The notes below the pieces were generated by a model. The model worked only from the letters and a program-made list of their open reading frames with translations, did no database searches and was not told where the DNA came from. DNA of 64,000 nt from Adineta vaga (lineage: Eukaryota > Animalia > Rotifera): NCBI GenBank assembly GCA_021613535.1, contig CP075496.1:9920001-9984000 (forward strand), in the 5' to 3' direction. Position numbers and translations under genes: made by a program. Within the stretch, counting starts at the first letter, position 1. Every line of letters begins with the position of its first letter. Positions 48,167-61,999 of this stretch are shown here, in pieces.

Positions 48167-50452
48167 TTATAATGACTGAAGGAGTGTTTGTCGTTCATCG
48201 ATTAAATAGGCATAAATAGCCGAACGTCGCTGTTCATCTGTCCATTGTGTTATATTACTAGCATGTTGAATGATTTTTTCTATAAACTGTTCGTCAGTTA
48301 ATTTATTCGTTTCATCATCATGATCATGTTTTCTTTTATTAGTAGTTGTAGTTGTTATCCAACGTCGTTCAGTTGTTGTTGTTGTTTGAATGTATTTAAT
48401 TAATTGTCCAAGTAGTTTTTGATCGTAGATATAACGAAGAAAAGGAGGTGAAATATTTGGAAAGAAATCTTTTGGATAGATTGATGATGAACGTTGACGA
48501 TCGATTTGTAAAAGAAAAAGTGTTGATGGAAGATATTGAAGAAGAATATCTAAGATATAATCAAAAAAGATTTTAAATGAATGTGGTATTAAACAATAAT
48601 CTGTTGTGAGAGGTAAGATGATTTGTTGTTGAGTGTATGAAGTCGAATGTTCATGAAGATAAACAAGTGTATCGATGCAGAATGAAACTGTTGAACGATG
48701 TTGTGTAGGTGAATGAATAAGTGAATTAAGTAAACATAATTGAAGACGTGATTCAAGAGAATTATCATTCAGTTGTTGCATGAAATGTTCAATGTCAGGA
48801 GCTATTAATGCACTTATGGTTGAAGTAGAAGTTGTGTCTGTATTGGTATCATCTTGCATTGTTGGACTTTGAGGTGTATCACTAGAAAGAAAGAATAGAA
48901 TGATTGTCATTACATATCATTGTAATTCAAACTTCTCCATCTTTTTCGGAATGATAGATCCAAAGTATTGTAACTTACTCAATAACAATCGTTTTATTTT
49001 CTTTCGATTGATTCTCTTTTACATTTTTAGATTTTTGTATTACATAATAAACATAAAAAATTCTTAATATTCGTTGATAATTTGAAATATTTGTATTCAA
49101 TTGAATCTTTTCAATTGTTTCTTGATACAGTTTCAAGCATGAATTCGTTTGTGATTGTTGTAATAGATTCAAACATTCAACAAATAACGAAAAATTTTCC
49201 ATAAATTCTAAATTATTAATTTCATTTGATTTCTTCAATAGAGTTTTGATTGATGACGTCGAATACATAAAGATATAATCTTTATACAATTCATTATTCA
49301 ATAATATGGAAAGATGAAGTATCGATTGAATATAAATTGGAAATGATGAGCAAAATAGAAAACATTCTAATGGACAACGAATTGTTGAATTATGAGCACG
49401 ATCGACTAGAACTTGTAATTCTAAAAGTTTTTGACGATGATTAAACGATCTATTTGAAATAGAGAAGAGAAGGATGGAAAATATCGATCAAATGAATTCT
49501 TAACTACATACATTTGATTTCCATGATGGATAATAAATTGTTGCCAATTGAAATTTTCATACATATTCATTGCTGAATTCATCAATTTTTCGAATTGTTC
49601 AATTGGATTTTTACATAGAAATGTTCGATGAAAATCTCCTTCTAATTTTACTTCTATCTCTTTTATTTCATTATTTTTCAAACATTTTACTGCATATTCC
49701 ATATAAAATTCCATTGCATAGATTAACCATTTATGACACAGATGTGTTTGTACACCATATCGTTGTCGATTTTCTAGAACAATCGGTAGAAGATCTTGTA
49801 CAAACAAACATCGAAGAATATTTAATGATGTTAATTTTGTTTGAAAACCGATCTTTTCTTCAGCATTGAGAATTAATTCAAGAATTGATGAGATAGATGA
49901 TGATGATAATGATAGACAAGCAAGAGCTTTCTCTCGACATTGATTTAATGATTGAATTGATTTGGATGAAAGTAAAAGATTTTGTTCAAGTTCATGATAC
50001 CAATTGCGTATTAGAAATGATGAAATTGATTCACGAGCTGATATTGATAGGATAGAATTCAGATGAGAATATGAAAAAGATCTAAGAAAAAAAACAATAT
50101 TTCATATTTAATTAAAGAATTCAACATACTTATCCGAAGATTTACTAAAGATCGATTGAAATTCTTGTTGTAAATAATCAATCTGCTCAATTTTATTAAT
50201 ATGATGTTGTAGAATATGTTCAATGATGAAAGATAATAAAATATAAGAATTTCGTTCACGAAATAAACGATATAATTCTATTAGAATAGATAGATCATCG
50301 CCATAGATTGATAAAGTTGTTAAAAGCCAAGCATGAGCACGAGGTGTTTCTTTCGTCACTTCTTGACCATCGACAGCGACAAGATTCGAACGAATTTGAT
50401 CGATTAAATACACAAAATTTCGATTTGAAGTTGTATCGACATCCATCTTCAT
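48167..50452 (-). CDS. INTS10: Integrator complex subunit 10-like (divergent), multi-exon
   Basis: AHAWLLTTLSIYGDDLSILIELYRL resembles INTS10 [36 protein letters not shown] resembles FRKLFVCDILPLI, and KWLIYAMEFY resembles KYLNKAAEFY (all recalled). Confidence 0.7.
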
Positions 50453-51254
50453 CTTTTTCTATTTAATAATTGAACAAATTCGTATTTTTTGTCTTTTCTT
50501 TCTTAATTTATTTCTAGATATTATTACTTAAATTGACAAATGAGAGTCAAATCGATAGATGACTCGTTATGACGAAGAGAATTTGATTATCACATATACT
50601 GTTCTTCATTGAAATATTCATTCGTTAGTTTTCTCATTTCCTTAATTTGAAACTAAAAGAAACTTTCATCATTTAATTTTTAAATGTAAATGACAATGTA
50701 TATTACAATAGAGTCGTTCAATGAATAATCATTACATTTGTAGATTGAAGAACATTTACAGACTAATAGTTTTATGGATGCATGAATGAATATAGATTTC
50801 GCTTACTATAAATAGTTTGCATATACATACATAAAAGACTGTTCGTTAGATTTTAATCATTCGCTTTAAGAGACAAAAATAATTGACTAGAAAAGCTTAA
50901 GTATTTGAAAGAAAATAAGTCTGTTGATGATTATCATTTGAATAATAAAGTGTCTTTCTTCTATTTTTATAGTTAAGTCTATTCTTTATTTAGATTTTCA
51001 CCTTCAAATCATTTTCTTTTCAACATTACATACAATTTTGAAGCTTGTTTACTGTCTTGATTTTTATGAATAAAGAATGAGATGGCTTGACTCGAAGGTC
51101 ATAATTTAATTCTTTCCTGAAGACAAAAGAAAACATGATTTTATTTGATCCACTGAAATCTATTTTGTTTGCATAATAATTCAAAAATTTTGACAAAGAA
51201 AGAAAGAAAGAAAAAAGAACTGGAAAAAATCAATTCGATTCACTGTTATCAAAT

Positions 51255-53074
51255 TTATACAGCATGAGTAAGAATTGAAGGCGATGAACTGACCGTTTGA
51301 CGATTATTATTATTATTATTATTATTGTTGTTTGTATTTTCGTTGTTTAATGGAGGAATAATATATTCTAATGTACTAAATGTTGGCGATGACCAGCCAT
51401 CTTTTTCTTGAACAAAACTATCACGTTTTGTAGAAACATGTTCAACTAATTGCTTATCTCGATGACCTAAATCAACAGCTCGACGAAATGAATCAGTACG
51501 ATAGAATGTGTTTGTTTTATTTAAATTATTGTAAGATAAATGATAGATAGGTGAGACTGAAGAAGTATATTTGCCTTGTTGTTCGTGTTGAATTGGTGAG
51601 ATATAGAGTGACGATGAAGATGATGATTCAAGTGATTTTTCAGCTGATAATCGACAGATCTTTTGTCGACGACGTAACCAACAGAATGCGCCTAAAAGAA
51701 TTATGACAGAAGTGACAAGTAAACCAGCAATAACACCAAGAGCTATACGAAGACGATCATCTGTTGAATTCCTAAAGAAAGAAACAACGAATGAGCAACT
51801 CATCAATGAAAACTCTTTACTCTGGTATATCAAGTGTTTTTGATGTGGTCGTCGTTGTTGCCAAGGAACAATCTGTACATCTTCCATTGATACAACATTG
51901 TCCTAATGAACACCGACGTATATCATCAGTAATTGAACAATTAGTTGAATTAAATGGTAATTCACAGATAAAAACATTATTTTGTTGATTTTTACGTGTA
52001 TCACTTGGACAAATGCATAGATAATTGCTCGTTTGATTACACCAAAATATACAACGTGAAGGAAATATTTGACAATTGGAGATGTTCATTGTATCGGCAC
52101 AATAAAGTGAATCGGAGTAAGATACAATAGAATTTGATGATGAACGACATGCACATTTTGATGAAGAACAGGTGGTTAAAGAAGGTGAGCCACACACTGT
52201 AGTCACAGGATCACATGATGAACCTAAATACCGCAAACAAATTTTGTCTCTATTACCTCTCTAAATTATCAAATCAATAAAAATTTTAATTCAATGTTTA
52301 TTCATAAATGGAAACTTGTTCATCTCTTTCTTTCTTCGATTCATTGGCTAGAAGGATTATTTATTTAATAATTTATTTCTCATTATTCTTTAATATTTAT
52401 TAAAAGAATAGAAAAATACATACGACGTGCTTATCTAACATAACAAATATGTCGAAGTATGTTCATTTCTCTAGACGACTTCCGTTTATTTTCAAATCAA
52501 TAATTAGAAAATGGAGTTCTTTTTTTTCTCTTATTCTCAACTTACCAACAGATTTTTCATATTGAATTTGTATGTTAAATATCGTTTGTGGATCTGTCAT
52601 TTGTTGATCATTGTTTAATGAACAATTGCTTAATTGATACCTTCCTTGCTTTAAAAATAAGCTCATTTGATTGAATTCTCCTAATGTCGTTGTTTTAGTA
52701 TAGTTAAATGACGTTAACTGGACATGTATGGGTTCCGAATCGCGTGTTGTTATTGTCGTACCTGTCATTGTTTTTAATTGACAAGATTGAACAATTGCTG
52801 CACAATCGAATATGATTGGAAATGGTACAAGATAATTTGATGAAGGAAACGGATAAATAAGACCAAGTTCAAATGTTGATGGTAAACTAAATGCGTAACT
52901 CGCCGTCAATATAATTGATGTCTGATTATTCAATTGAAATTGATCAGAAATGGCAGCGTTCGATAAATATGTATTAGTTAAAAAAGAACAATTGGAAACG
53001 AAATTTGATGTGGTAATATTTAATTGACAAAGTGCTGTATGAATGTAGAGAAAAAGAAGAAACACAATCACCAT
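51255..53074 (-). CDS. Single-pass type I membrane glycoprotein with a Cys-rich (EB/EGF-like) juxtamembrane region, 3 coding exons
   Basis: Signal MVIVFLLFLYIHTALC, many NxS/T sequons, Cys-rich exon at about 52225-51822, TM IALGVIAGLLVTSVIILLGAFCWL followed by RRRQK, poly-Asn tail. Confidence 0.8.
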
Positions 53075-56000
53075 TGCATAGACAACACACCATTGCAGCG
53101 TGTCACCACGTAAGAACAAGAGAATCAAATATCTGAAAGGGATATAGTTTGATCAAAAAGAAAAAAGAAAGAAAAAGAATGGGTGAAAATGGACAGAACT
53201 TTGTTCTAAAAAGAACAAGAATGTCTGTCACTTGGCGCGCATCATTGAGAATGAAAGAGAGCGCGTGCATGAGAGCGAGACACTCTAACGGAATAAAGTA
53301 ATGAAGAAAAAAAACCTGTGTTGTTTTTTTTTTCTTCATTTTTTATTATGATTACTTTATATATTCATGAAATGTCATAAAAGAGAAAAAAAAGTGGTAA
53401 TTATTTAATGATTTTCACTATCTTCAATGTCATATAAATGGTACTCTTCCTGACAAATATAGATAGAGAAATATGATTCGGATTTTGTATGTCTGTGCTA
53501 AATTATTTATTACGGATAAACAATTGACTTCAAGGCTAAAGAAGAAAGTGACTTTTGTTTTACTCTGATTGAGAAGAGTTTGACACTTACTCGTAAGTTT
53601 TCAATGATATCAAACAATCTGCTGTATTGATACATAAACAACTATTGTATTTTTAAAGTACGTTTGGCGTTTTTTCTTCTTCTTCGTTCAGTTAAGAATA
53701 TTATCTTATAAATAGATAAAAGTATTGCCGTTGCTATTATCGTTGTACTCAATTTAAGTTAAGAACGATTATGATCATTATGAAAAATACATGATCTCTT
53801 CTCTAATCTTTATGAGATTACCATAGCTCTTTTTTCTCCCTCTCCTTCTCTCTCTCTCCCTCTTTCTCCTATTAATGCATACCTTTTCTCTTCCGATCAA
53901 TCGATCGATCAATTGGTGCGTATGTATGTGTGTGCACTTTTCTTTACATACCTGACTGAACTTAAATTGTCGGTAGATTAGTATCAATTATAAATCTAAC
54001 TGTTGTTATTATCATTGGTGCGAATAATTTTGTATGTCAATATCTTCTTGTGAATATTTAAATCGAGAATTTAACACCTTAAATGCTTCTTATTTATCAA
54101 TATTTCATTTTGCCTTGTAAAGAAAGAAAAATGTCCACTAATTCTTCTTATTCATTTCATTCTTTTCCTCTTTCTTCCACCTCTTTTGTTTCCTTATAGG
54201 ATGATTGATGTTATACACACATACACTATATAATTATTCGTTAATGACTTTAAAAATGTGTGTGTGTGCATTCATAATATGATTACGTATTACCTTGGCA
54301 GTATATATGTCTACCTGGAAGTAAAAAAAAAATAGAATTCAGTGTCTGAGCCTTTTTTTTTATAATGAATATTTAACTGATACTTATGTTCGTATCAATG
54401 AGAAACTATCGGTATGTTCAATGTCAATAAAGAAGAAAAAAAGAGAAACTCGAGAGAATTAACGATTAAACATTCATCTATTCTGATCACCTTCTATTAT
54501 TCATTATCTTGACGATTTTCTTCTTCATTTCATCTACAAATATACAAAATAAAACATTCTTTTTAACTATGCTGATGGAACTAAGTGAACAATTCATTAT
54601 GCTCGAGAGATGAATTTCAAATGTCCAGGTGTTGTTTGATGTTGAAATACGCATATGTACATATATATAATAGTAAGAGCAACGAAAGTGGACACTTGTC
54701 CACTTGTTATACATACAAACAGGTGTAAAAGAACTAATGAAATAAAAGAACATGAGACATGCATATTTCATGTCTCTTTCTCCCGACAACATACATTTTC
54801 TAAGTAAAACTTTTTTCGCTTGATGATCAAAAGAAAAATAGAATATTTATTGATATTGGATTGATAGTATCACTTCAATTTACATGTGTCGTATCGAAGG
54901 ACATGTATCCTGTAGATATCTGATCTCTTACAGCATATGACAAGTTTTCATATAACGTGAAATCATACTTCTATACTAGAATAATTCGTAATTGTCGTCA
55001 TTTTTACTTACTAATATTTAATGTTCAGCAAGATGAATTTCTTTTGGTGTAACATATGGCACTTTTGACAATGTCTCACTTGTTCTACTTATTCATTCAT
55101 TTGAGTGCGTCTGCTATTCGGTCTCTTTTTCACATTGTCATCATTGCCATCAGCATTTGCTCGGTTTCTGTTACACTAAGTGATGCCTCAAGCCACCGTT
55201 CGTACGTCAAGCAATATGTATTTACATTGATATTCAATCTTTCGTAGTTCTTTACTTTATATTGAGAAATACGACGAACATGTGATGCACAAAGAAATTC
55301 GTTCGATTCTCTGGGTTGCATTTCTTGAAAAAGAAAAAGAAAAAAAGAAATCTTTACTTACTCTGATATTCTCTTTATACAAATTGAAAGGAAACCTTTG
55401 AACTGCAATGATCTCCCAAGGATATTATTTGAACATATTTCATACACGTGTACATACAAGTAACTTCTTGATAATCGATAACAATGATCGTGATCAACAA
55501 AAAAAAGAAAAATAATTGACAGACTATATATTAGTCATGTTATGTAAGTTACTTAGGCAAACCGGATGATGAATGAGTATGCATGTAAGTGTGTGCCAAT
55601 GCTTAAACAAATGAGAAGGAAAGAAGATTGAGAGAATAGTATTTAAATGAATATAGGTATATGAGTAATCTGTCTGCACGGTATTACGGTTCATTAGTTC
55701 AATAATGAATACAATGGATTATCAAGAATAGAAGTTAAAATAGTCAATCGAATCTGTTTGACCAATTCAGATAAGACACTTTGAGATAAGTAAATTTCTA
55801 TATTAATACCTCTTCCCATTTATATAATCATAATTTTCTTCAACTTTTTAGTCGTCTTTATTGAAGCATATGTACTTGATATAATATGCGATTGCCATTT
55901 TTCCTTTCTATCACCTTCATTTGATGTGCGTGCAATGAGAAACGGATCTCATTTGAATATAAATAGACGTGCATTGAGGACAACACAAAGAAAACAAAAT

Positions 56001-56729
56001 TTTTTAATAATCTGCATTTGAATTAATTTTCTTTTCGTTTTTTTCGGAAGATTGAAAAAATATAGTTGATGCATACGAATAATTATATCAAATATAGACT
56101 AAATAAATATTGTCAATGGATTATTATGGAATCAAATATAAAAAAGAAAGAAATTAAATTCTCACTTTCAAATATCTACATAAACAAATGAATGACAGTG
56201 AGAGAAAAAAAGAGAAGATTATTTGATCATTATCGATGACGTATCAAAATCAGTTATTCAAACAAATAAATCTTAGACTTTATCATGTAAATACAACTGT
56301 AATATCTGATTATATGAAACTTTGTTGTAATCGTTGATTCATAATCAAAACTCGATCTTCTCCTATCTCAACTAACAAAATTTTGTTAATCTTTTAGATT
56401 GTGTACTCATTGATAGCATAGCATGAGTTGTCAGAAATAAATAAATGAATAGATCATCAATTGCTCGATTAAAGTAGCTTTATTTAGCGCGTTTAAATAG
56501 AAATAAATGTATAAACATTCTATAATTATAACAAAACACAGTATCTATTTATACAATAAAAAGTAAAAATAAGAAATGGAAATTCTTCTGAAAAAGTATT
56601 TTTAAAACGTGGTGTTATCTTTTGATGCATGTGTTGCCATAATAGTATTATCAACTGTGACTATTTCATTTGGACTAAATATCATTAAATTAAAAAAAAG
56701 ATATATTAAAAATTAAATATTTTTCTAAT

Positions 56730-57581
56730 TTACTTTCTTACTGCGATTTGAGTTTCATTACTCGTAATTGTTGTAACTGATGTTTCTGTTACAGGTTTAA
56801 TCGTAATAATTGCTTCTGTTTGTCCTTGTGCTTGTGATTGTGATGTAATAATTGTCGTTGTTTTCGATTCTAATAAATGTTGAGTTTCTTGTTGACCTAA
56901 TACTCCTACTTGATCAGCAAGATTAGAAATATTTTGTTTAGCTTGTTCTTGAGCTTCGACTAATGCATGTAATTTTGCAGCATTAGCTTGATCATTCAAA
57001 GCATCGATTTGAAGCTTAGCATCGGCCATAATAATTTGTTGTTTGGTTTGTAAATCGTGTTCTAAATCGGCTAAAGTTTTTGCTTTAACAGCATCTAATG
57101 CTTCAACTGCTTTCTGTAATTGAAGTTTATATTCATTATCCATAACTAAATGACGACGATTAGCATCGAGAATTAATTCTTCTTGTAAACGTTGCGTATT
57201 TGCAAGAACATCAGCAATTGACTTTTGAACCTAAAAAAACGAAACAACGACAAAACTTTCGTATCAAAATCAAGATAATGATTGATTTACTTGTTCATTG
57301 ATTTCAGCTGTACGTGCACGAGAATATTGATCAACTTGTGCATGCGTTGTATTCAATTGTGATAATAAATTATTAATATCAAGTTTCGTATTTATTGATG
57401 CATTTGCATGAGTCTCAGATGAGATAACTGATTTTATATGAACATCATCAGCAACAGCAGATGTTGTTAAACGTTCAGTTGTTGTGCCAGAAGTACCTTC
57501 AACAGCGATCTGATTTGTCACTGCATTTTGTTGTTCAGAGTCAGGATAAGTACCAAATAAAGCATTAATAATGGCTGACAT
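56730..57581 (-). CDS. Hydrophilic helical protein (263 aa, 2 exons) with a CAHS/LEA-like layout
   Basis: ATG 57581, phase-0 intron 57290-57231, TATA-like box at about 57673-57679. No Cys or Trp. A long A/Q/L/E/K helix lies between T/S/V/I-rich termini. Confidence 0.85.
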
Positions 57582-59053
57582 GTTGTTGTTTTTCTTGGAG
57601 AAAAGAGTATTGAGTCTATGCAGTTGTGTTGAGAAACTCGTGACGAGGAACGAATGACGATGATGCACAGGGATATATAGTACTTCTGTTCTTTTCTCTT
57701 ATATTTTTATGATAGATGCGTTCTTTCTCTTCTCTTCTTCGTTTTTCTTTTTGTATTGCTCAAAAAACCTTCGGTTCTTGTTCTTTTTCTTTAGTATAGA
57801 AAATTCGCCTCCGCCGAGAAAAAGTACGAACGTAAATTACTATTTCCATCTCTTATCAGATAAAGAAATTGGATCTATGCCGAGAACTTGTTGACATATA
57901 AATAATATAAAAGGTTGAAAAAGAATGATCGTAGGAGATAGAATGAGTGAGAATTGTTTGGCAATAATTTGATCTCAACTCACATAATATTTTTGATTAA
58001 ACAAAAAGGAAAAGAAAACAAACGATTACGTGTGATTTTCTTATTCGAGAAGAAAGAGAACATTTGTTATTATTTTCTCTTTCTATCATCAATAATAAAC
58101 GTCTCGGGAGTATACAGTAAATTACATGAGTCATTCTATCAGTTATATGGATGTCGTTCTTTCTCTTTCTGGAGAGATCAGATGAGATTTACATTGCTAA
58201 AATAAACATTACCCTTCTGTGATATAATAAGTTTCATGTAATAGTTAAGAAAACTGTCTGTTTAGGATCTGAGGGTTACTGGTAGATATCTTTTTTTCGT
58301 GCAATTGATTAAAAACTTGAAAAAAAATGAAATCAAACAACAATGTGATGATAAATATTGAAGGTTTTATTGCTACGTAATATGTTCTTTTTTCTTGTAC
58401 TCAAAATTTGAGTTTTAAAACGAGCATAATGATCTATTAAAGGCTTAAGCATAACGTGTTATCAAGTAGAATATAATTTGATTGGATATAATTATTTTTA
58501 CACAATAGCTTATGGGCTAATGTTCTATATCTTAACATGCCTTGCTACGTCGAAGGTCATTACTGTCGTAAAAGATCCCAACTGTTTATATTAAATAACT
58601 CTTGGTAACACTATTATGAATATATAAAGTTTAGTTTGAATAAAGAAATTCCAAGATACGGACTGTGTTACAAACAGTCTGGGAACTCTTGCTTTTTCCG
58701 TTTAATAAAACCCATGTAGTTTATTCATCTATCTCACGACTTTAAATAAAAACCACGCCTAAAAATTCAGTCATTTTTAAATTTTTTAGAAAAAGATATA
58801 AATCTCTTCACATAATCATACCTATTTTATAATTAAAGCTTTTAGATATCTTAATAAAGTAGGTTGCTCTGTTTTCATTGATATAATATATAAAGAAAGG
58901 TTCAAAGTTATTCTTCGGGAAAAAAAATCATCAAGTACCAGAATGGTAAACTAAGTTTTTCTTTCTATAGAGAAGTGCCAATCCGAAATCAAAGTATAAT
59001 ATATTTCTTAACTTCATTATTATGTTACATCTGTAAGATAGATTTCTGAAACA

Positions 59054-60145
59054 ATGAATAATCAAACTAATACTAATCATACATTTTTCCATTATTTTAA
59101 TCTCTATATAAACGTTTTCTATCTTATCTTTGGAAATATTAGTAATTTCCTAAAGATCCTATTTTTTCTTCAAAAACCATTAAGATCATTACCATGTACC
59201 AGTTATATACTTTTCGCAACCATCACTGATTTCATGACATTAAATAATCTTCCACTTCATCAACTTTTAATTCATCTTTATCCTCAATACCATTGGATCA
59301 AAGTTAGTGTTGATTGGTCGAATTATCGAAATGAAACAAATCTTCTCTCCTATACTGTGTCCAATTATGATATTATCATATGTAAAATACGAAGTTATTT
59401 ACATTTATTTAGTACTGATCTCTCATTTCAAATGCTTCTTTTCGCATCAATCAATCGTTTCTATTCAACCTATCGTCGAAAACAACAATCAAATACTACT
59501 CTTCGTTTTAATCAGTATTTTTGTAATCAATCAAATGTTTATAGATTATGTTTGATTTCTTCAATTATCTTTGCCTTATTATCTATACAACATCTATTCA
59601 ATTTTACCATTCAATCTCCATCTGAAGGATGCGTTCCTTCCAATCGAATCCTATGGTCTATTTGGATATCATCATTTCATTGTTTTATTATACCATTATT
59701 AATGATTCTCTTTGGATTATTAACTTTGAAAAATATTTGTTATAAAGAATTAATTCTGCGTTATATCTGTTGTTCACATTGTCAACGGCGAAGATGGACT
59801 GGTTATATTCATCCACAAAATACTCGTTGTCAAAATTCAATTAGCACAAGAGTTGAAAGACAATTAACATTCATGATTATTAGTGAGATTTTTGTTACTA
59901 TTTTTACCGTAATACCATATGGTATCTATGCATTCTTTTATCTTTTTCATGGTCTTCAAAATCGAACGATGAATGAAAGCAATGGTACGAAATGGATGGC
60001 ATTAGTTATTCAAGTAACAATGTATGTGGAACCTAGTTGTGGATTTTATATATATTTATTAACATTAAGTACATTGAGAAAACGTTTTAAAAAGATAATT
60101 ATGGAGAAAATCACTTCATTTATTTCTTCTTGTTATAGATCATAA
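59054..60145 (+). CDS. Orphan rhodopsin-class GPCR, intronless
   Basis: Seven hydrophobic segments, FGNISN, CKIRSY, SINRF (DRY variant), GFYIYLLT. Confidence 0.85.
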   Translation: MNNQTNTNHTFFHYFNLYINVFYLIFGNISNFLKILFFLQKPLRSLPCTSYILFATITDFMTLNNLPLHQLLIHLYPQYHWIKVSVDWSNYRNETNLLSYTVSNYDIIICKIRSYLHLFSTDLSFQMLLFASINRFYSTYRRKQQSNTTLRFNQYFCNQSNVYRLCLISSIIFALLSIQHLFNFTIQSPSEGCVPSNRILWSIWISSFHCFIIPLLMILFGLLTLKNICYKELILRYICCSHCQRRRWTGYIHPQNTRCQNSISTRVERQLTFMIISEIFVTIFTVIPYGIYAFFYLFHGLQNRTMNESNGTKWMALVIQVTMYVEPSCGFYIYLLTLSTLRKRFKKIIMEKITSFISSCYRS

Positions 60146-60610
60146 AAGAACATGTCACTTTTTGGTTTATTTTATTAATTGTGTTATTAGTTTTAATATA
60201 TGTCGTTATTGAAACTTATGAAAACAACGAATAGAATGTTTGTGATTTTGACCTTTATCAAATTTTTGTATGAGATAGTTCATAACTACCTTCAATTACT
60301 AGTGTGCTTTTTCTTTTATAAAGAACTACTGTATTGACTTGAATAAAATACTTGGAAATCTAATTTTATCTGGAGAGAGATTTTCAAAATGTTCTATTAC
60401 AGAAATGTCAAGTTTAAACCTTGATGTAGTCGCCAACAATTGAGAAAAAGTCTTTATAGATCTAAATAACGTTTCACGACTCTTCGCTTATTCATTAGAA
60501 TTCAAATATTAAAACAAAGAGGAACAGAGCGTAGATTGAATTACGTTATATAAGAAATTGAATAATGAATTAATCTACTAGATTTTAATTGAAAAGTGAT
60601 AGTTAAAGGA

Positions 60611-60637
60611 AATATCATGGATTAAATCCATGATATT
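60611..60637. repeat. Perfect 13-bp inverted repeat with a 1-nt spacer
   Basis: AATATCATGGATT-A-AATCCATGATATT. Confidence 0.8.
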
Positions 60638-61139
60638 ACTTTACTACAAAGTGTAAGTGTAATTGTTCAATGAATTTGATGTTGAGTCTATTTTATGTTA
60701 AGTTGTTTCACAACTAATGACAGATATAATATTAATAAAGTTAACTGCGAATGTTACTTGAAAATTTATATCGACTTTTGTGTAGTAAACATCATGAACA
60801 CTTGAGATAGTTCCGATAACCCCCATTAATTCTCAAGTATAACTTATCTGTTTGAAGAACTTACGTACAAACTCTCTATCGTTCATCTACATAATATTTT
60901 CATTCACATTGTGTTCATATTTATCAAGAAAATGTTGAAAGTATCTGTTACTAATTTAATTAACAATTTCTACTAAATTTCGCATACGAAACATCCTCTC
61001 AAAAAAGCTCTAATCATTATATCATTTCATTCTCTATTACTTACAAACTGTGCATTATCATACAGAATAAATATATTTTTATTGAATTAATTTTTTCCAA
61101 AAAAAATTTCACATTTAATATTGAAAAGAACAACTTTAT

Positions 61140-61999
61140 TTACTCCCTTCTCACAACAAATATGGTTACGAAAACTGCAATAATAATTCCAATAATAAGA
61201 ATCGCTGCTATTACTGAAAATATAATCAACATTCGATTTGATATACACCTTCTCTCTTCACTATATAGAATTACAATTGAATCAAGTGAAAATTTCCTAC
61301 ATTGAATGATACTTACTCCTCTTCAAATTCATCTGTTGAATAATCTCCTGATTTCGTTTCTGATAATCGACTGGAACATTCGATTGTTTGAATATCATCA
61401 ACTGATGTTGCACTAGAAAAACATGAAAGAGCAGTCGTTTGTGCATTGTGAATTGTGGTAGGAGTAAATTTTGGCTGTTGTAAAAATTTATTTTGATGAT
61501 TCTGTGTATGAAGAAAATTCTGAATGAAAACGAAATGAATATACGATGAAGAAAAACAAAAGAGCAAACAAACTTCAAATGGTTCAACTTTGCTGGATTT
61601 TCTCGATTGAAAACTATGCTTTTTCGTCTAAAGAAAGCGATTAGTTGTTCACAGATAGTCTATTCATGGACATCCTCTTACAAACGATGTTTCTTTTGTA
61701 TCCGTGTACCAATTGTTTTTATTTGCTAATTTTGCTTGTCGATATGATTCTTGAGCAGCGATCACATTTAAAATCCATTGACCTGTTCGGGCTGCTCTTT
61801 CTTTTTCAATATGAAGATATGCATCGAAAAATCGTGAAGGTGCTTTCGATTGAGTGGTAATATGTTGTACAGAGACACGATTAAATCGTTGAGTAGGATC
61901 AGTTCGTCGAGCTGGATGATCAGGAAATGTTATGAAAACATTGCCAACCGTTTGATGTAATCGATCTACTGATATTCTTTTATCGACTTGTTGTGTCAT
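61140..61999 (-). CDS. Hypothetical tail-anchored membrane protein, 4 exons
   Basis: Three GT-AG introns join the ORFs in frame. Ends MLIIFSVIAAILIIGIIIAVFVTIFVV-RRE-stop. Confidence 0.75.

Noticed and set aside
51303-51330. (ATT)n microsatellite, plus several (TA)n tracts elsewhere
   Set aside because: Ordinary simple repeats; this one encodes a poly-Asn tract.
53130-55400. Splice-like signals and a 63-aa ORF upstream of the type I membrane gene
   Set aside because: No coherent coding model; at most 5'UTR exons or a lncRNA, which cannot be supported without RNA data.
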